This document shows, piece after piece, positions 60,365-61,642 of a stretch of DNA of 61,642 nt. Each line of letters starts with the position of its first letter. Position 1 is the first letter of the stretch. The position numbers and the translations under genes were made by a program. A model generated the notes under the pieces. The model was not told the DNA's origin. It did not search any database and saw only the letters and a program-made list of their open reading frames with translations. This DNA is from Chiloscyllium plagiosum (Eukaryota), in contig NC_057729.1 in the NCBI RefSeq assembly GCF_004010195.1, positions 4,699,452 to 4,761,093 of the forward strand. The letters run 5' to 3'.

Positions 60365-61642
60365 AGAGTCATAGGACATGGAAACACCCCCTTTGATCCA
60401 ACTCCTGCCAATCTGGTCTATTTGCCATTTGCCAGCACTTGTCCCGTATTCGCCTGAACCCTTCCTATTCATATACACCTCCAGATGCCTTTTAAATATT
60501 GTAATTGTACCAGCCTCCAACAGTTCATTTCATACATGTACTCCAATTTAGAACTCTAACTGTTTGATCAGTTCTTTACTTTTTCATAACTATTTTAAAA
60601 TTAACAGAATGATGACCACTTGCTCCAAAGTACTCTTTCATTGACACCTCAGTCACTTAGCCTACATGATTTCCAAGCACAAAGTCAGGTATTGCTCCTT
60701 CTCTAGTAGGTAAATCCAAATATTGAAGAAGAAAATTCTCCTGTACACACTTTAAAACATTCTGCCCCATCCAAACCCTTAACACTATGACGGTCCTAGT
60801 CTATGTTCGTAAAGTTAAAATCCCCAACCATTACAACCCTACCTTTCCTACAGGTATTTGAGATCTCCTTACATACTTGATTCTCAATTTCCTGCTGACT
60901 ATTGGTGGGCCTATAATACAATCTCAACAAGATGATCATTCCTTCCTTATTTTTAAGTTCCACCCAAATAACTTCACTGGACGATTTCCCAGGAATTGAG
61001 AGTGTGTTGCTGGAAAAGCACAGCAAGTCAGGCAGCATCCGAGGAGCAGGAGAATCGACATTTCGGGCATAAGCCTTTCATCAGGAATGTGGTCAATATC
61101 TCATTCCTGATAGAGTCATAGAGATATACAACATGGAAACAGACCCTTTGGTCCAACCCGTCCATGCCAACCAGATATCCCAACCCAATCTAGTCCCACC
61201 GGCCAGCACCTGACCCATATTGCTCCAAACCCTTCGTATTCATATACCCATCCAAATGCCTCATAAATGTTGCAATTGTACCAGCCTCCACCACTTCCTC
61301 TGGCAGCTCATTTCTTATCCGTACCACTCTCTGCGTGAAAAAGCTGCCCCTTAGGTCTGTTTTATATCTTTTCCCTCTCACCCTAAACCTATGCCCTCTA
61401 GTTCTGGACTCACTGACCCCAGGGAAAAGACTTTGCCTGTTTACCCTATCCATGCCCCTCATAATTTTGTAAACCTCTGCAAGGTCATCCCGCAGCCTCT
61501 GACGCTCCAGGGAAAACAGCCCCAGCCTGTTCAGCCTCTCCCTCTAGCTCAAATCCTCCAACCCTACAACATCCTTGTAAATCTTTTCTGAACCCTTTCA
61601 AGTTTCACAACATCTTTCCAATAGGAAGGAGACCAGAATTGC
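60365..61642 (-). mobile_element. Cluster of CR1 fragments (3' ends, endonuclease region) and a Penelope pLTR (~60997-61088)
   Basis: SEVIWVELKN...YYRPTN...VMVGDFNF (APE domain); RTRGHRFRVRG...FFTQRVV; reversed hammerhead CGACATTTCGGGCATAAGCCTTTCATCAG. Confidence 0.85.

Overview
Vertebrate genomic DNA. The HE1-type V-SINEs, CR1 LINEs and Penelope-like elements point to a cartilaginous fish, probably a shark (inference). The core of the window is a tandem pair of + strand CD40/TNFRSF5-like genes, reconstructed by hand from splice sites. Copy A is complete: 9 coding exons over 7397-37918, 831 nt, 276 aa, with a signal peptide, four TNFR cysteine-rich domains (CRDs), a TM helix and a tail with PVQE. 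Copy B has exons 1-6 over ~42295-60329 and runs off the right edge. The paralogs are about 60% identical in exon 3 and differ by codon-sized splice-boundary shifts. At the left, a CpG-rich ZNF143/NRF1/YY1 promoter precedes the first exon of a divergent minus-strand gene (NCOA5 is possible by synteny only). Introns hold many CR1 fragments, SINEs and Penelope-derived short insertions. The Penelope insertions carry minimal hammerhead ribozymes in five covarying sequence variants, and several are near-perfect palindromes flanked by 10-18 bp target-site duplications (TSDs) with junction microhomology. Most ORFs in the supplied track are spurious or transposon fragments. Repeat boundaries are approximate unless TSDs are given.
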